DNA from: Selaginella moellendorffii
Taxonomy: Eukaryota; Plantae; Lycopodiophyta
Direction: 5' to 3'
NCBI RefSeq assembly: GCF_000143415.4
Contig: NW_003314299.1
Coordinates: forward strand, 792,229 to 856,228
Length of the DNA: 64,000 nucleotides
The notes below the pieces were generated by a model. The model searched no databases. It saw only the letters and a list, made by a program, of their open reading frames with translations, and had not been told where the DNA came from. The translations under genes and the position numbers were made by a program. The first letter of the stretch is position 1. Every line of letters starts with the position of its first letter. Positions 24,081 to 36,549 of this stretch are shown in pieces.

Positions 24081-25695
24081 TCACGTTCGTATTTCGTAGC
24101 TGGCGGCTCTTGTTACTGCACGAAATCCCTTGTAAGGCCGGTACTCCACGTTTCTAATGTCCATCTTGTCCACTTTCAGACCGGACACGGCCGTTCCCTG
24201 GATCTTAAAACCAACCAGGAAAGTTGGAAACTCTTCTAAGCGATTGATCCCTGGTTCCAGCTGCAAAGTGCCACTTAAGCAAGGAGACTTGTCCTTTGGA
24301 ATACGTCCTATGATCCATGTTGATACCTGCAATTATAAGACTCAGAAACATCATAAAGGAAGGTTAGCTCTAGTGTTACCTTTGTAGAAAAGCTGTACGT
24401 AACTGTTCCAACACTAGCACTCAGGTTTGTGGACACCACAGACGGAGGCCAAGGTAGTTGAACGATAATAGCATCCACGGGTTTCCCAGGATCGCCTCGA
24501 AGCCCCACTAGAACATTTACACGACAAATTCCTTCGCCAGAGCTCAATTGAGGACGAACGAACAGTGGAGGATTTTTTAAGCCCTTCACTCTGCAAATAC
24601 GATATCAGTTAGTGCTAGTAAGTATGCAAAACAAGAACAAACCTGTAGCTCATGAGTTTAAATGCACCATCTGGAGGAATGAACGATAACATTTGGTCCG
24701 CTTCCCATGCCCGGTATCGCACACAGGGGTGAAAGTTTACGTCGTGTAGAATGTCGGTATTTGCAAACGTCAGCGAGAGTTCAGGCATCCCGGACAATCT
24801 CGAGGTCGCTTGGATTTCTCCATAAGCCTCACATTTTACGACGAAACCATCCCTGCACTCACAACTTTGTAAACTTAGAGATAGCAATAGTGCTGCCTAT
24901 ATACCTGTTAAAAACTGCATCCATCTCCTCGACCAAGTCAAAGTAAATCTCGTTGTTCGAGTGCTTCACGTTACTAGCCCTCCAAGAAACTTGCGATGAA
25001 GTTGCCAGAGGAGAAGCAGCGTTCAAACTTGACGAAGTCCCGGTGACAACACTGAGAACTCTACTGACCAAATTCGGAGGAGCAATAATCTCTTTTAACA
25101 CACTCGGCTCAGTCGTGGAAGGAAATCCGCTGTCCATCATTTCGTCGAGAATCTACGAGCAAGCGAAACATCAGAGGAAAGCCACCACTGATAAACTTTC
25201 AATCACCTCGTATACGATCACGAAATTGTCCTTGAGAATATCTTCATTCAATCCTCCTAGATAGTTTTCTAGAACACTTGCAACCTTGCACAGAAACTTC
25301 AAAAAGAGAAACCAATCAACGCAAGAAAAAGCTCTCAAACACGAACCTCGATTCCCAGAAGAGGAGGCATCTCACTCGCTGTGCATGCCAGAAACGTCAC
25401 GCCCTCCCGGACAATGTGTAGAAGGTAATGCGTCGGAGACGCGATAACGGAGGGAGGATCCTGGACGATCAGCCAGAAAGAATGTAGGTCTTGGCAAAAG
25501 AGAGCTTGATCTTACCTGATCTTCCTTCTCTGATCGCTGCCGCCAGAACCAGCTGCAAATGGATCGCTCCACGCGCTTTCCCATCCATTGCTTCTCAAGA
25601 ATCACGTCACTGCACAGGGAAATTTCCTGCTTAGACCACAGATAGCTCAGAGAGGCGTACCCGGCATCGGAGAGGAGGAACAAGCACTGAATCAT
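24081..25695 (-). CDS. AP3M: AP-3 complex subunit mu
   Basis: MIQCLFLLSD..VILEKQ, MMDSGFP, VSWR, NNEIYFD, FHPCVR, SFIPPDG, YKGFR; multi-exon. Confidence 0.92.
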
Positions 25696-25907
25696 CGCTG
25701 CTAGAACCCTAACTTTGCGAAATAAAATGGACGAGCTGTGATTGGAGGGAATCTAGGTCCGGAATGTCGTGCGTGTGGACCGTCCGATGTCGGTTTTCTT
25801 AAAACTATGAGAGACAATACAATGCAACCACAGACGAGGGCAAGCAGAAGGATTATGGCGATTTAGTAGCGTAGCGGGCTTGCAGCGTCCTGGATTTCTA
25901 GGTCACG

Positions 25908-28900
25908 ATGTTCTTCTCCGGCGATCCGGGGCTGCGGCGCAAGGTGGAGCTGCGAGGGCGCAGCTCTAAGGAGAGCGATCGGCAAGGGACTCTCAACAGG
26001 GTCAAGGACGAGCGCGAGCAGCGGCAGCGAGCGCGGCTGCGGCAGCAAGGCGCTCTTCGAATCCAGGTAGTGTCCTCCATTTCATTCCCGGATTCCGAAT
26101 TCTTGTTCCCAGAAATGCTTTCGGGGAAGGCGAGACGTAGCGGTCAATCAGGTCCTCATTCGAGAGAAATTCGTCGCAGCTTTCGGAGAATTTAGCGATA
26201 GAGCGGACAGGTGATTCTTGCAGAGCTCATAGCTTTTGATAGATTTGGAGCTCATAGCTAGCTATTCTATTCTATTTTCAGGAACGTCTTCAAGCCCGAG
26301 TCTTTATATCTTCCTCAGATTTTCTTCATGATCTCTCCGAAAAATTCAGCGGATTTCTACCGGCTGGCTGGAGCTTGCCGCCATTTTCTTCGATGCATGA
26401 GTGAAACGGGTAAGCTCCATTGAATGAAAATGCTGGAGCCTGACTTGATCCACAGAAGGTGGTGTCTTCTCGGTTTTTGTTAGCGGAGACTATACGACTC
26501 AAAGAGGTGCTATTAACTATAGAGTGAAGCATTTTGCGATTCTTTGTCTACAAGGTCTCTACCATCACCGGTATGTGAGAGTAACGCAGTCGTGATTGTT
26601 TTCTTGTTTACATTGGATTTACAGAGAATCACTTAAGGAAGAGTTAATGCTTCCAGAAGATGGATCCAGAGACGATGTCGCAGGGGTTCTCGTGCGCACG
26701 ATTCTCAGCCTTGCAACGGTCGAGTTGCCTTGGTCTGGAAGTCTTATTGAGCACCTTGCACTCAACAAGATGTTTTGTCTTCTTCGTGATCTCGTCTTGA
26801 CATTGGTATGTTACTCACTTCCAGGCTACTTGTGTTACAACACATTTCTTTTCCAGAAAAACACAGATGCTCGACCATTGGTGATGTTATCTTTGGAGCG
26901 GCTTGTACATCAGCTCTCTGTTTTGTATGTGGAAAAGTTTCAGTACTTGAAGCCGGTGCCATTTACCTGGAGTCTCCCGGCTCAGATATTTTCTGTTCCA
27001 CTTCTCTGGCGACGACTTCCGCGTCTGAAAGAGGTCCGAAAGCTTTCGTTTTCTAAAAAAGTTTTTTATATGAGACATTCACAGGTCAGCGTTACGGACG
27101 GTGTTTGGGCTTTTGTTGTTCATCAAACAGCCATAAATAAACTTGACTTGAGGAGCTCTCTTCCTTCTGATGTAAGCCCTGAGTTTCCGTCATTTGTTTG
27201 CTTGCTGGGAAACCTCTTGGAAAGCTCACGACTCGCCATGCAACAACCAAATACTATGATTCAGCTGGTAAGTTTGATATGCCTCCTGTTGATAAATGTA
27301 TGTTACGAGAGCATTGCAGGTCACAGATATAGCAAATGTAGCACGGACTCTGTTGAGCACTCCACCGATAACCTGTGCTCTTTGTCCGAAGGAAACGTTC
27401 AGTGATGGTAACACTCTCACGTTATTATTCTTCTAACAACATTCTTCTTGCAGCCAGCGAGGACGACGACATGAAAATTGACATTGAAGAGAGCTTTGCT
27501 TTAGAACCAGCATTGATATCCCAGCTAAAGCACGCGTCTGATGGGATGTTCCTGAAAGAAATGGTACATGAAATTGTTATCTTTCAAAACCCGTTTTCTC
27601 ACTATCTTCCAGGTGAGGGTTGCCTTCTCACAAGCTCCACTCGATTTGAATACGGTTGCTACACCATTTGGTGGTGCTCCGGAAGCCAGTGCGGTTTCTG
27701 CCGTTTGCGGCTTTTTATATGCGGCATTTTCTGTACTGGATAGAACTACAATAGTCTCGCGCTTGGCATACGTTGCGAACCTGGTGCCTCCACTGTGGCA
27801 ATATATTACTTCTTGTCGGCTGAATAACAACTGGCCAGCGATCGAGCTGCCTTCTCAGGATGCGCAGCTATCACCAGAGCTACTTGGTTGGATGCTGCCA
27901 CTTGCGGTTTTCTGTCCCGTCTTCAGGTGCGTTCAAAATGATCGCGTGCTTGTCTAAAGTCTTTTTTTGCAGTCATCTGCTTTTTAGCATGGACAACGAT
28001 GAGTTCTACAACATGAAACAACCGATAAGTATAGAAGATGTTAAGCAACTGGTGCTTATTTTGAAGGAGGTGCGCAACCAGATACTATTGATAAAAGCGA
28101 TTGACATTGTCTGTTACTGTAGGGACTCTGGCAGCTTCTGTGGGTTATGCCTTTCAAGCCGTCAGCCTTCGTCGCTTCCGATATATTTGTGTTTCAAAAC
28201 ATGCGTCAATTTTTTATAAATGTTTCTGCAAGTCTACTGGCGGAGGTACGTCACTTTCTACTATTCTTTTCTTATGATTCTATTCCTTGCAGCTGCATGA
28301 CCGCAATAGCAAGCGGCAGTTTGCACCATCACACACATTTCATGCAAGGGAAGCGATTGAAGAAAGCTTTTTCCACCAGGTATTTCCTACTATCATTTTC
28401 GCGTAACTCAAGGCACCGTGACGTACGCAGGCAGAAGGGGAGAATACCAAAGCCCGGGAGGTTCTCAACAGAGCTCCTTTTCTAATACCGTTCACACTCA
28501 GAGTTCGTGTATACACGGTAATTCCCCGTCTCCCTTTACTAGCTTCCTGTAATGCGTAATTGCAGGCTCAACGAACTGCTGCAAGGCAAAACACGTCCCG
28601 CCAATATGGACTTCAAATCAAAGTGCAACGAGATCGTATTATCGAGGACGCCTTTATGCAGTTCAATGTGCTCAGCGACGAGTCTCTGCGGGGAACGGTA
28701 ATGGGTTCACAAATTTGAAGCTAGTTCTAGTTCTGATGTTCGTGCTTGTACAGATCAGAGTTTCTTACGTCAATGAACTCGGTGCTGAGGAAGCCGGAGT
28801 CGACGGAGGCGGCATTTTTAAAGATTTTATGGAAAACATAACCAGTGCAGGTTTTGACATACAATATGGCTTGTTCAAGGTAACTACATGCATTCGCGCT

Positions 28901-30288
28901 CAGCCGTTACAACGTATTCCAGGAAACTGCGGACCATCTTTTGTATCCTAACCCAGCGTCCCATATGGTCAACGACGAGCATCTGCAATACTTCGAGTTT
29001 TTTGGCAAAATATTGGGAAAGGTGAGCTTGCATAGGAACTTTTTATTTCCTCGTTAACATTCACCGAGCAGGCAATGTTTGAAGGGATTCTCGTGGACAT
29101 ACCTTTTGCCATGTTTTTCCTGCGTAAGCTGAGGAAGAAGTAAGTTACAGCTGCTTTACGTGTTAGCTTACTAGTCTCTTCTTTCGCAGGCACAATTACC
29201 TACACGATTTACCTTCGCTGGATCCAGAGCTTTATAAGAATCTACTTTTCTTGAAGGTATAACTGAGCTCTTTGATTTTGGCCTGACGAGCTTGTTTTAC
29301 AGAACAACCCAAATATGGTGCAGCAGCTGGGCCTCTATTTCGTAATTGAAGACAATGAATATGGAGAGCAATTAGAGGTGGAGCTTCTTCCAGGGGGAAA
29401 GGATATCCAAGTCACCAAAGACAACGTCTACCGATACATTCACTTGGTAGCAAATCACCGTCTGAATCACCAGGTTAGTGCTGCTTGGTTTTTCAGTCAG
29501 TCACTTGTTCCTGCAGATCCGCCAACAAAGTAACCATTTTTTGCGTGGCTTTCAACAACTTATAAGCCCGGAATGGTTAGATATGTTCAACGAGCACGAA
29601 CTCCAGGTTTAGTTTCACATGTTCGCTGGTTAGAAAAAACACTTATGTCGTTGCTGTCGCAGATCCTTATCTCCGGATTTGAAGATGCCATGGACATAGA
29701 CGATCTCCATCACAACGTGAACTATGGTGGTGGCTATCATGAGGTAGAATACTTCTCTTTCATTGCGTGGCGAGCGAATACTTCTTTTCTTTTGGCAGAA
29801 CCATCCAGTGATTCAGATGTTCTGGGATACCGTGAAAGCCCTGGATGCAAATATGCAGCGGAAGTTCCTAAAGTTCGTATCCGTTTGTTTTCATTTTGTG
29901 TTCGTGACCGTTTTCATTTGCAGGTTTGTTACGGGATGCTCGAGAGGGCCATTGCTCGGCTTCAAATACCTGGAGCCTCGATTTTGCATCCAGAAGTAAG
30001 CTCTTTCACCTTACCATTTTCTCCACTTGTTCTTCTTTTCTCTTTTGTCCTTCGATTCCAGGACCGCTCCCGAAGGCGCAGCAGAGGAGGCTCTTGACAG
30101 ACTCCCCACGTCGGCGACTTGTTTGAACCTCCTGAAACTCCCTCCTTACAAAAGGTTCGTTGGTGTTTATTTTTCTTACTTGTAGCAGTTCATTGATCTG
30201 TTCTTTTCTTGTTTCTTGTAGCAAGGATACGATTCGTGAGAAGCTACTCTATGCAATAGCTGCCGAGGCTGGATTCGATCTCAGCTGA
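25908..30288 (+). CDS. UPL6: HECT E3 ubiquitin ligase UPL6-like (IQ motif)
   Basis: MFFSGDP..RRKVELRGRSSKE; HECT domain EAGVDGGGIFKDF, FVTGCSRGPLLGF, LPTSATC, ending GFDLS*; many short introns. Confidence 0.92.
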
Positions 30289-30582
30289 GTGACTAAGCAC
30301 TGTACAGAAAAAGCAAAAGTTTTGAGGAGATTTTGCGTTCCTCCTTTGTAAATTGGAAAATTTGGAACCCGGTTAACGAGCGTTTTGTAGGAAGCTTGAG
30401 AAGGTTCAAACAGGTTGAGCAACTCCCGACTGAGAGTTTTGTGTAGAAGTTGATCCTCCATGGCTGACGATGACGAACGAACTTAACGGTAGGGCAAACT
30501 GCAGCCGTTGGATGGGCGCGTTTTGAAAGGTCACGATGATTCAGCTGAATGGGAAGGGTTTTGCGGGCATGGAGACGATGGC

Positions 30583-31098
30583 ATGGAGGGAAATGTGGCC
30601 TCGGCGGAGGCCAAGAAAGGAGGAGACAAGGACGGCAAGAAATCGACGCCAAAGATCACGGTGCGTCCATCGGATCAATTGCTTTGGATCGACTGATTTC
30701 CTTTTTTGTGCTTTCCAGGCCAAAGATATAAAGACGTGCCCTCCCGACTCGCGCTTCCCAGTGACCAACCAAACGAAGAATTGCTTCACGAAATACGTGG
30801 AGTATCACAAGTGAGTGGAAAGGATTTTGGAGAGAAGAGATCAAATTTTTCTTCTTCTTGTGTTAGATGCATCCAAGAAAATGGCGAGGGCGATTCGAGA
30901 TGTGAGAAGTACAGGCGAGCTTACAAGTCATTGTGCCCCATCGAATGGGTAAAGAATCCTCTTTTTCCTCTCGAGCCGAGGCGATGAGACTGAAAAACCA
31001 AAAAAAAAAAAAAAAAAACTCGAATGGTGGTGGTGTCAATGCAGGTTGAGGCCTGGGACGAGCGACGAGCAAACGATTGCTTTTGCGGTCCATACTGA
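30583..31098 (+). CDS. COX6B: Cytochrome c oxidase subunit 6b-like
   Basis: KTCPPDSRFPVTNQTKNCFTKYVEYH, C...[24 protein letters not shown]; start codon uncertain. Confidence 0.88.
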
Positions 31099-31177
31099 CT
31101 TCTCTCCAACGTTGTCAACGTTTTCTTGCTCAAAACCTTCTTCACATAATGGTACACCGGCACGGATTTCTCTTGGG

Positions 31178-34100
31178 TTAGAACCGGAATGTTGGTTCCG
31201 CTTCCAATGCCCAGGTGAATTTCTGGAGCAAAGATTTCGTGAAAATCTGTCAAGAGTTCCACAGGTCAGTCATTCGTGCGAGCTTTTTTTTTTTTTTTTT
31301 TTTTGTTTTTTGCTACTTGCCTTTTCGATGGGTACGTCGTTCCTCTTGCACCAAGCGACGGTGATTCGTGGGTCTAGATAGTTGATCTTAGAAGTTCCCA
31401 GAGCGACTGTCTTGAGATCATCCTTAACTTTCATGTCCAGTTCCATCTTTTGGATCTTGTTATCGGTTTGCTCTAGCTTCTTCTCCAGCCTGTGTTGTTT
31501 CGATCCAACTTGAGCAAAGAGAGAACGTATGAGCGTTACTTACTGTTCTGGACTTTGGTTCCTCTTTGTCTTGCCATCTTCATCCTTCCGAGGAGGCTTT
31601 CCCTTCCTAGCTCTCTCCAAGTCTATAACAATCTCTTCACGCAGAGCCTGAGGTGCAAAGCCTTAGAACAATGCCACTAGTAAGAAAAGTAACTCAAAAC
31701 CTTTAGCTCGGCCATTTTTCCTTCGAGTTTTTCCATCTGGGCGCCATGGCTCTTGGACACCGTCCGTTGGTGATTACAGAGAACAGCCACCTGCAAAGAC
31801 ATTCTGTAAAGGGACCAAACGTTTCCTTTGCAAGGCTATTCACCTCTTTGTTTGCTCGTTGGTAGTCTCCAATTTTTTCCGGGACGATTGAACCATCCGT
31901 ATGCTCGAGCTGGCGATTTGCACTTAAAGAACTAGCATGAAAGAAAACACTTCAAGCCAAACCTGGTTATCGAGAGTGATGGAGGCATTATACGTTCTGA
32001 AAACCTTTGCAGTGAGCTCCGGCATGAACTCCTTCAAATGAGCATTCAATTTGTTTGTGTCTAGCCTGTCAAACAAATCATCGCCGCTTTTCTTCCCTGC
32101 ATTCATCAACCAGCAGCGTTTGAAGCGATGCTACCAGAATCACTACCTTTCTGAAAATCCCCTATAGCCTTGAAAACTTTCTCTTCGACAGCTACTTCGT
32201 TGAGATATCTGATGGAATCCTTTCCGAGAAAATCGAACTGCAAAAGAAACAAGGTTAGGAGACGGAATTAAAAAGCGAGAGAAGACCTTACCTCGATTTT
32301 TTTCGAATCCAAAAGTTTGACGTGCTCTACTTTCAAAGAACAGCAGCCTACGGTATCAGCTTCATCGTCATCCTTCTCATTTCCTGCTCTAAGGGCAAGC
32401 CTGTCTATGAGATAAGTTGCAACTGCAATCTGTCTCTTTGTGGGATCTGTAGAGCCGAAGTCTTTCGTATATGTTTTCCGGATCTTGTCAATGTAATCCT
32501 ATAAAAATCGCATGAGTGAAGCGAGGCAAAGCTACAAAAAACACCGAACCTTCAGCTGTCTAGCCTTCTCGTATTTCTTCATGTCACTCTGAGCCTTGAG
32601 GCTACTGCTTGGGTGCAAAAACACGTACTTAAACTCCTTCTCGTTAATCGGATCGTTCCAAAACGCGAGCCAAGTGACTGTATTGTCGTGCCGAATTTCT
32701 TTCCAGCTGAAAAGTAAAGTCCAAGTTAAACTCATAAAGAGCTCGCATAAAAAGCGTCGTACGTACTTGTGACCGGGCATCGGACACTCCGGAACGGGAG
32801 CACCCTTTCCAATATTGATGACGATATTTTCGGGAAAAATTCGCCTTTTGAGCTTTCCCATCTTAGGATGCTGACCGCGCCCCCTGAAAAGGCCTGGAGG
32901 TTCCACTCGAAAGTTTCCAACCTGAAAATGCAGTGTAAGTAACCATTAGCTCAAACAAAGAAAGAAAAGAGATACACGTACCTTTTCCTTCACCCCGTCA
33001 ACAAGCGCCCAGGTGTATTTTTCTTCCGCCTTGGCCTTCTCATCTCTTAGTTGCTTCTTCTCCTGATAAAAGAAAACAAAACTTCAGCCTAAGCCGAGCA
33101 TACTACCAGAGAAAACTAACCGCAGAGCTCAGTTGCTTCTTCTTCTCCTTCTCGCTTTGGTACCAGTCGTAAATCGGAGTGAAGTCGCAAAGCTCCAGCT
33201 TCTTTATGACATGGTTTGAACCGAGAATCTTTTTCCAATCTTGCCAGAAGTTGCTGTTAAACTTGGCCTGCGTTGCGTAGTCCGTGTCTTTCATCACGGC
33301 ATACATTGTGGCAACCTGTATCCACAAGAACAAACAATTCAGTCGCTTAAACTCGAAAACAACCAACAAAAGCCCGCAAACCTCTTCCTGTGCCGGAGTA
33401 AGATCCACTGGCTCGCCATTGTAGAGCATCTTCACTCCATGAGGCTGATAAGCCGGAGGAAACATGACACCATTGTGCTCCAGCGTCGTCCACTTCTGTC
33501 CACCATTACCATCCTTTCCTCCCTTCTTCACGACCGTTTTCTTCGTGATCTTCGTCTCCACCAGTTTCTTCTTGCCGGAAGACGATGCCGACTTCGTCAC
33601 GACAACCTTCTTTGAAACCTCCGAGCCTTCGAAATCATCCTCCTCTTCTTCCTCCTCCTCCTCCTCCTCCATCTCCTCGCTCTCGTCTTTCTCGACTTTG
33701 GCTTTCTTCACGACTGCCTTCTTCGTCTCCGCTTCGTCTAGAACTCGCTTCCTCGTCTTGGAGCCGTCAACTTTCCTGGAGGAGCTCGCGCCTTCCTTCT
33801 TCACGGCCACCTTTGCATTCTTCGACGCATCGATCTTCTTGGGAGCGTCAATCTTCCCAGGCTTCCTCGACGCCTCAATGAGCCTCCTCACGGAAGAGCC
33901 ACCATCGCCATCGTCTACCTCGGTCTTGGCCTTCTTCCTGGGAGCGCTCTCCGGGCTCTCCAGCGATTTAAGCGAGCGCTTTGCGAAAGTTTTCAAGGGA
34001 GCAGGCTTGGTCGCAGTGCCAGGAGAAGGAACTTTGGAGCTGCTGGGCTTGCTGGAAGCCTCCAATCTGGAGGACGATCCATTTGGCTGCTCCTCGTCCT

Positions 34101-34319
34101 TGACTTGGCGCTTAAGATCCATTGCTGGAGCTCCCTTATTCACGCCAAAGGATTGAGGCTTATCATCGTCCGAGTCGTCGTTCACACGATTCGCACTGCC
34201 ATTGCAAGCGAGCGGGGCGGCGATCCCATCCTCCACTTCCCTATCTAGATTTCAATCACAATGAGCGCGATCGCGCGGGCGCCGATTTGAATCGTCTCAC
34301 CTGGACACATGGATGCCAT
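31178..34319 (-). CDS. TOP1: DNA topoisomerase I (type IB)
   Basis: [49 protein letters not shown], catalytic [10 protein letters not shown]; first exon MASMCP at 34319. Confidence 0.96.
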
Positions 34320-35059
34320 TTGAATGAATCTCACGCACCCAAAAACCCTAATCGATTCCCCCATATCTAGGGCTTCCAAGGAGATATGGGACCAATGCTT
34401 GCACGCCACGTGTTCCCCTGTTTTTAGGGCAACATTAGGTCTAAAAGCTGGTAAACAAGTATTTTGCGTGAACCATGAGCCGTAACTTTTCTATGCCCTT
34501 TCGGACATGCTTGTCACTAATGGTACACGATTCCGTTTGCCTGTTAGCGCGGATCACATGTTTTCCATTGATACTTTAGGCAGCAAAACAACAAAATCTC
34601 TACGTAAGATTGCAAAGGTGGAGTGAAGTGGATCACTACATTTTTAATCAAAATACGCAGAAAAAGAATGTAACTTTGGTTTGATTAAGTCCACATGGGA
34701 GTGTCCCCCAAGAAAAAAAAACCAAAATCCACAGAGGCATGCGAGCGATTGAAACCATTCCACGAGTTCCGGAAGAAATATGGGTAGAAAATCCGGAACG
34801 TACGACTTCTGTGGCACGCTTGCGGAGGAGCACACGAGGGTTTGACATTTTACAGGAGTAAATCTGGAGTTTAACAGTAGGCCAAATTAAAAACATTTTC
34901 ACCAAAGTAAGTAGACTTCGATATAAATGCCCTGGCCTGGGATCCCTGACAAACGCGCAAATTTTTCTCATTCACAACTTCTTAGATCCAAGGAAAGCTT
35001 ATGCCCAGATTATCACTGGCACTTCAAGTCTATCCAACAACAAGAGCAAGAGATCCTTC

Positions 35060-36275
35060 ATGGATGTTGTGAGGAGAACTAGAAGCTCTTCGTCGCCATC
35101 TTTCACCAGCATCACCAATTCCAGCAGCTCTCGCATATCAAGCTGCGATCCTGGTGACTTTTCTTTCCTCGATTACTCCCAGGTTTGCTGCCGCTCTCTC
35201 GATTTGCTCTCGCCGGACCTCCCACCGCCTCTGGTGGAGGATTCCTCACCGGTAAACTCCCATGGCTACAAGGAATACAGCTCAATTGCTCCCAAGAGCT
35301 TGTACCATCCTCTAGAGTTTAATCAGAGCTTCCAGGCGCAACTAGAGCTCCAGCAAACTTTGATGGGTGATCCCTCGTTTGGCAATTCCTCTCTTCTAAC
35401 TCCACTTGATGATCACTCGCAAGATCAAAGAAATCCGGAAGATTTCCATGGACAAGAGCTTGCATACTACTGCCAAGTCGAGCCTCTGGACGAGAAGTAT
35501 CTCAGCCTCATGGAACATCCGCCGCTCTACGTGAATTACTTGACTGATGCCAATCGGAGAATGCCGCCGCTCGGATCTTCCCAGGCACTTGATCAACCTG
35601 GGGCTCCGAGGATCATCTCAAACTCAAGCTCAAGCCCAACAAGGAAGAGAAGCGCGGATGATCAAAACACCACGAACGCTTTCTCCAAACGCGAAAAGGT
35701 ACGCACGTCTGGACCGCGGAATCTCGATAAACAACTCATTTTCTTGGTCTATTGAGTGATCAGATAGATTCATCTCCGGCTTCTTCTTGTTGCACGACTG
35801 CTCTCAACACGAACTTAAAACCGAGATCGAGGCAAGGGACTGCCAATGATCCGCAAAGCATCGCCGCAAGGGTGAGAGAGAAGTCTGGAGATCTTAGACC
35901 AGATCAAACTCATGAGCTCGTTTTTCTTTTCTTTTTTCTTTTGATTCTGCAGCAAAGACGTGAACGAATAAGCCAGCGTTTGAAGATCTTGCAAGACTTG
36001 GTTCCAAATGGCTCCAAGGTTTGTGTAAAGAAACTTCGATGATACGAGGAAAATCTTGATAGAAACTTTCTTTGACAAATGCAGGTAGACCTTGTAACCA
36101 TGCTTGAGAAAGCTATAAATTATGTCAAATTCATGCAGCTCCAACTTCAGGCAAGTATAACCTTTTTTCTTTGTTTAACTTTCACTTTATTCAGTTAATT
36201 GAGATTAAATTTCCGGATTTCTAGGTGTTGTCGACTGATGCATATTGGCCTTTACCTAAAGCACGACAATCGTAA
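35060..36275 (+). CDS. Class I RSL (RHD6-like) bHLH transcription factor
   Basis: [75 protein letters not shown] (RSL domain). Confidence 0.9.
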
Positions 36276-36549
36276 CGAGAAGTAGTGTTAATTAAAAATT
36301 AAGAACCAGAGACGTGGGCGAATTCCATAATCAAAAAGAAATTAAAACAAAACTCGATTTGTTCTTCATTGTCTCCAACCAAACAAACAGTGCTGCAAGT
36401 TTAAGATAATCCAAAGAGAATCTCACATAATTGGAAAAATAAAAAGACAATGCAGGAAGTTTAAAATAATCCAAAGAAAACCTCACAGATAATCAAATCT
36501 TTACCACGGACTTTTTCTACACACCCTGGCATGACGAAGAGACGTCGCG

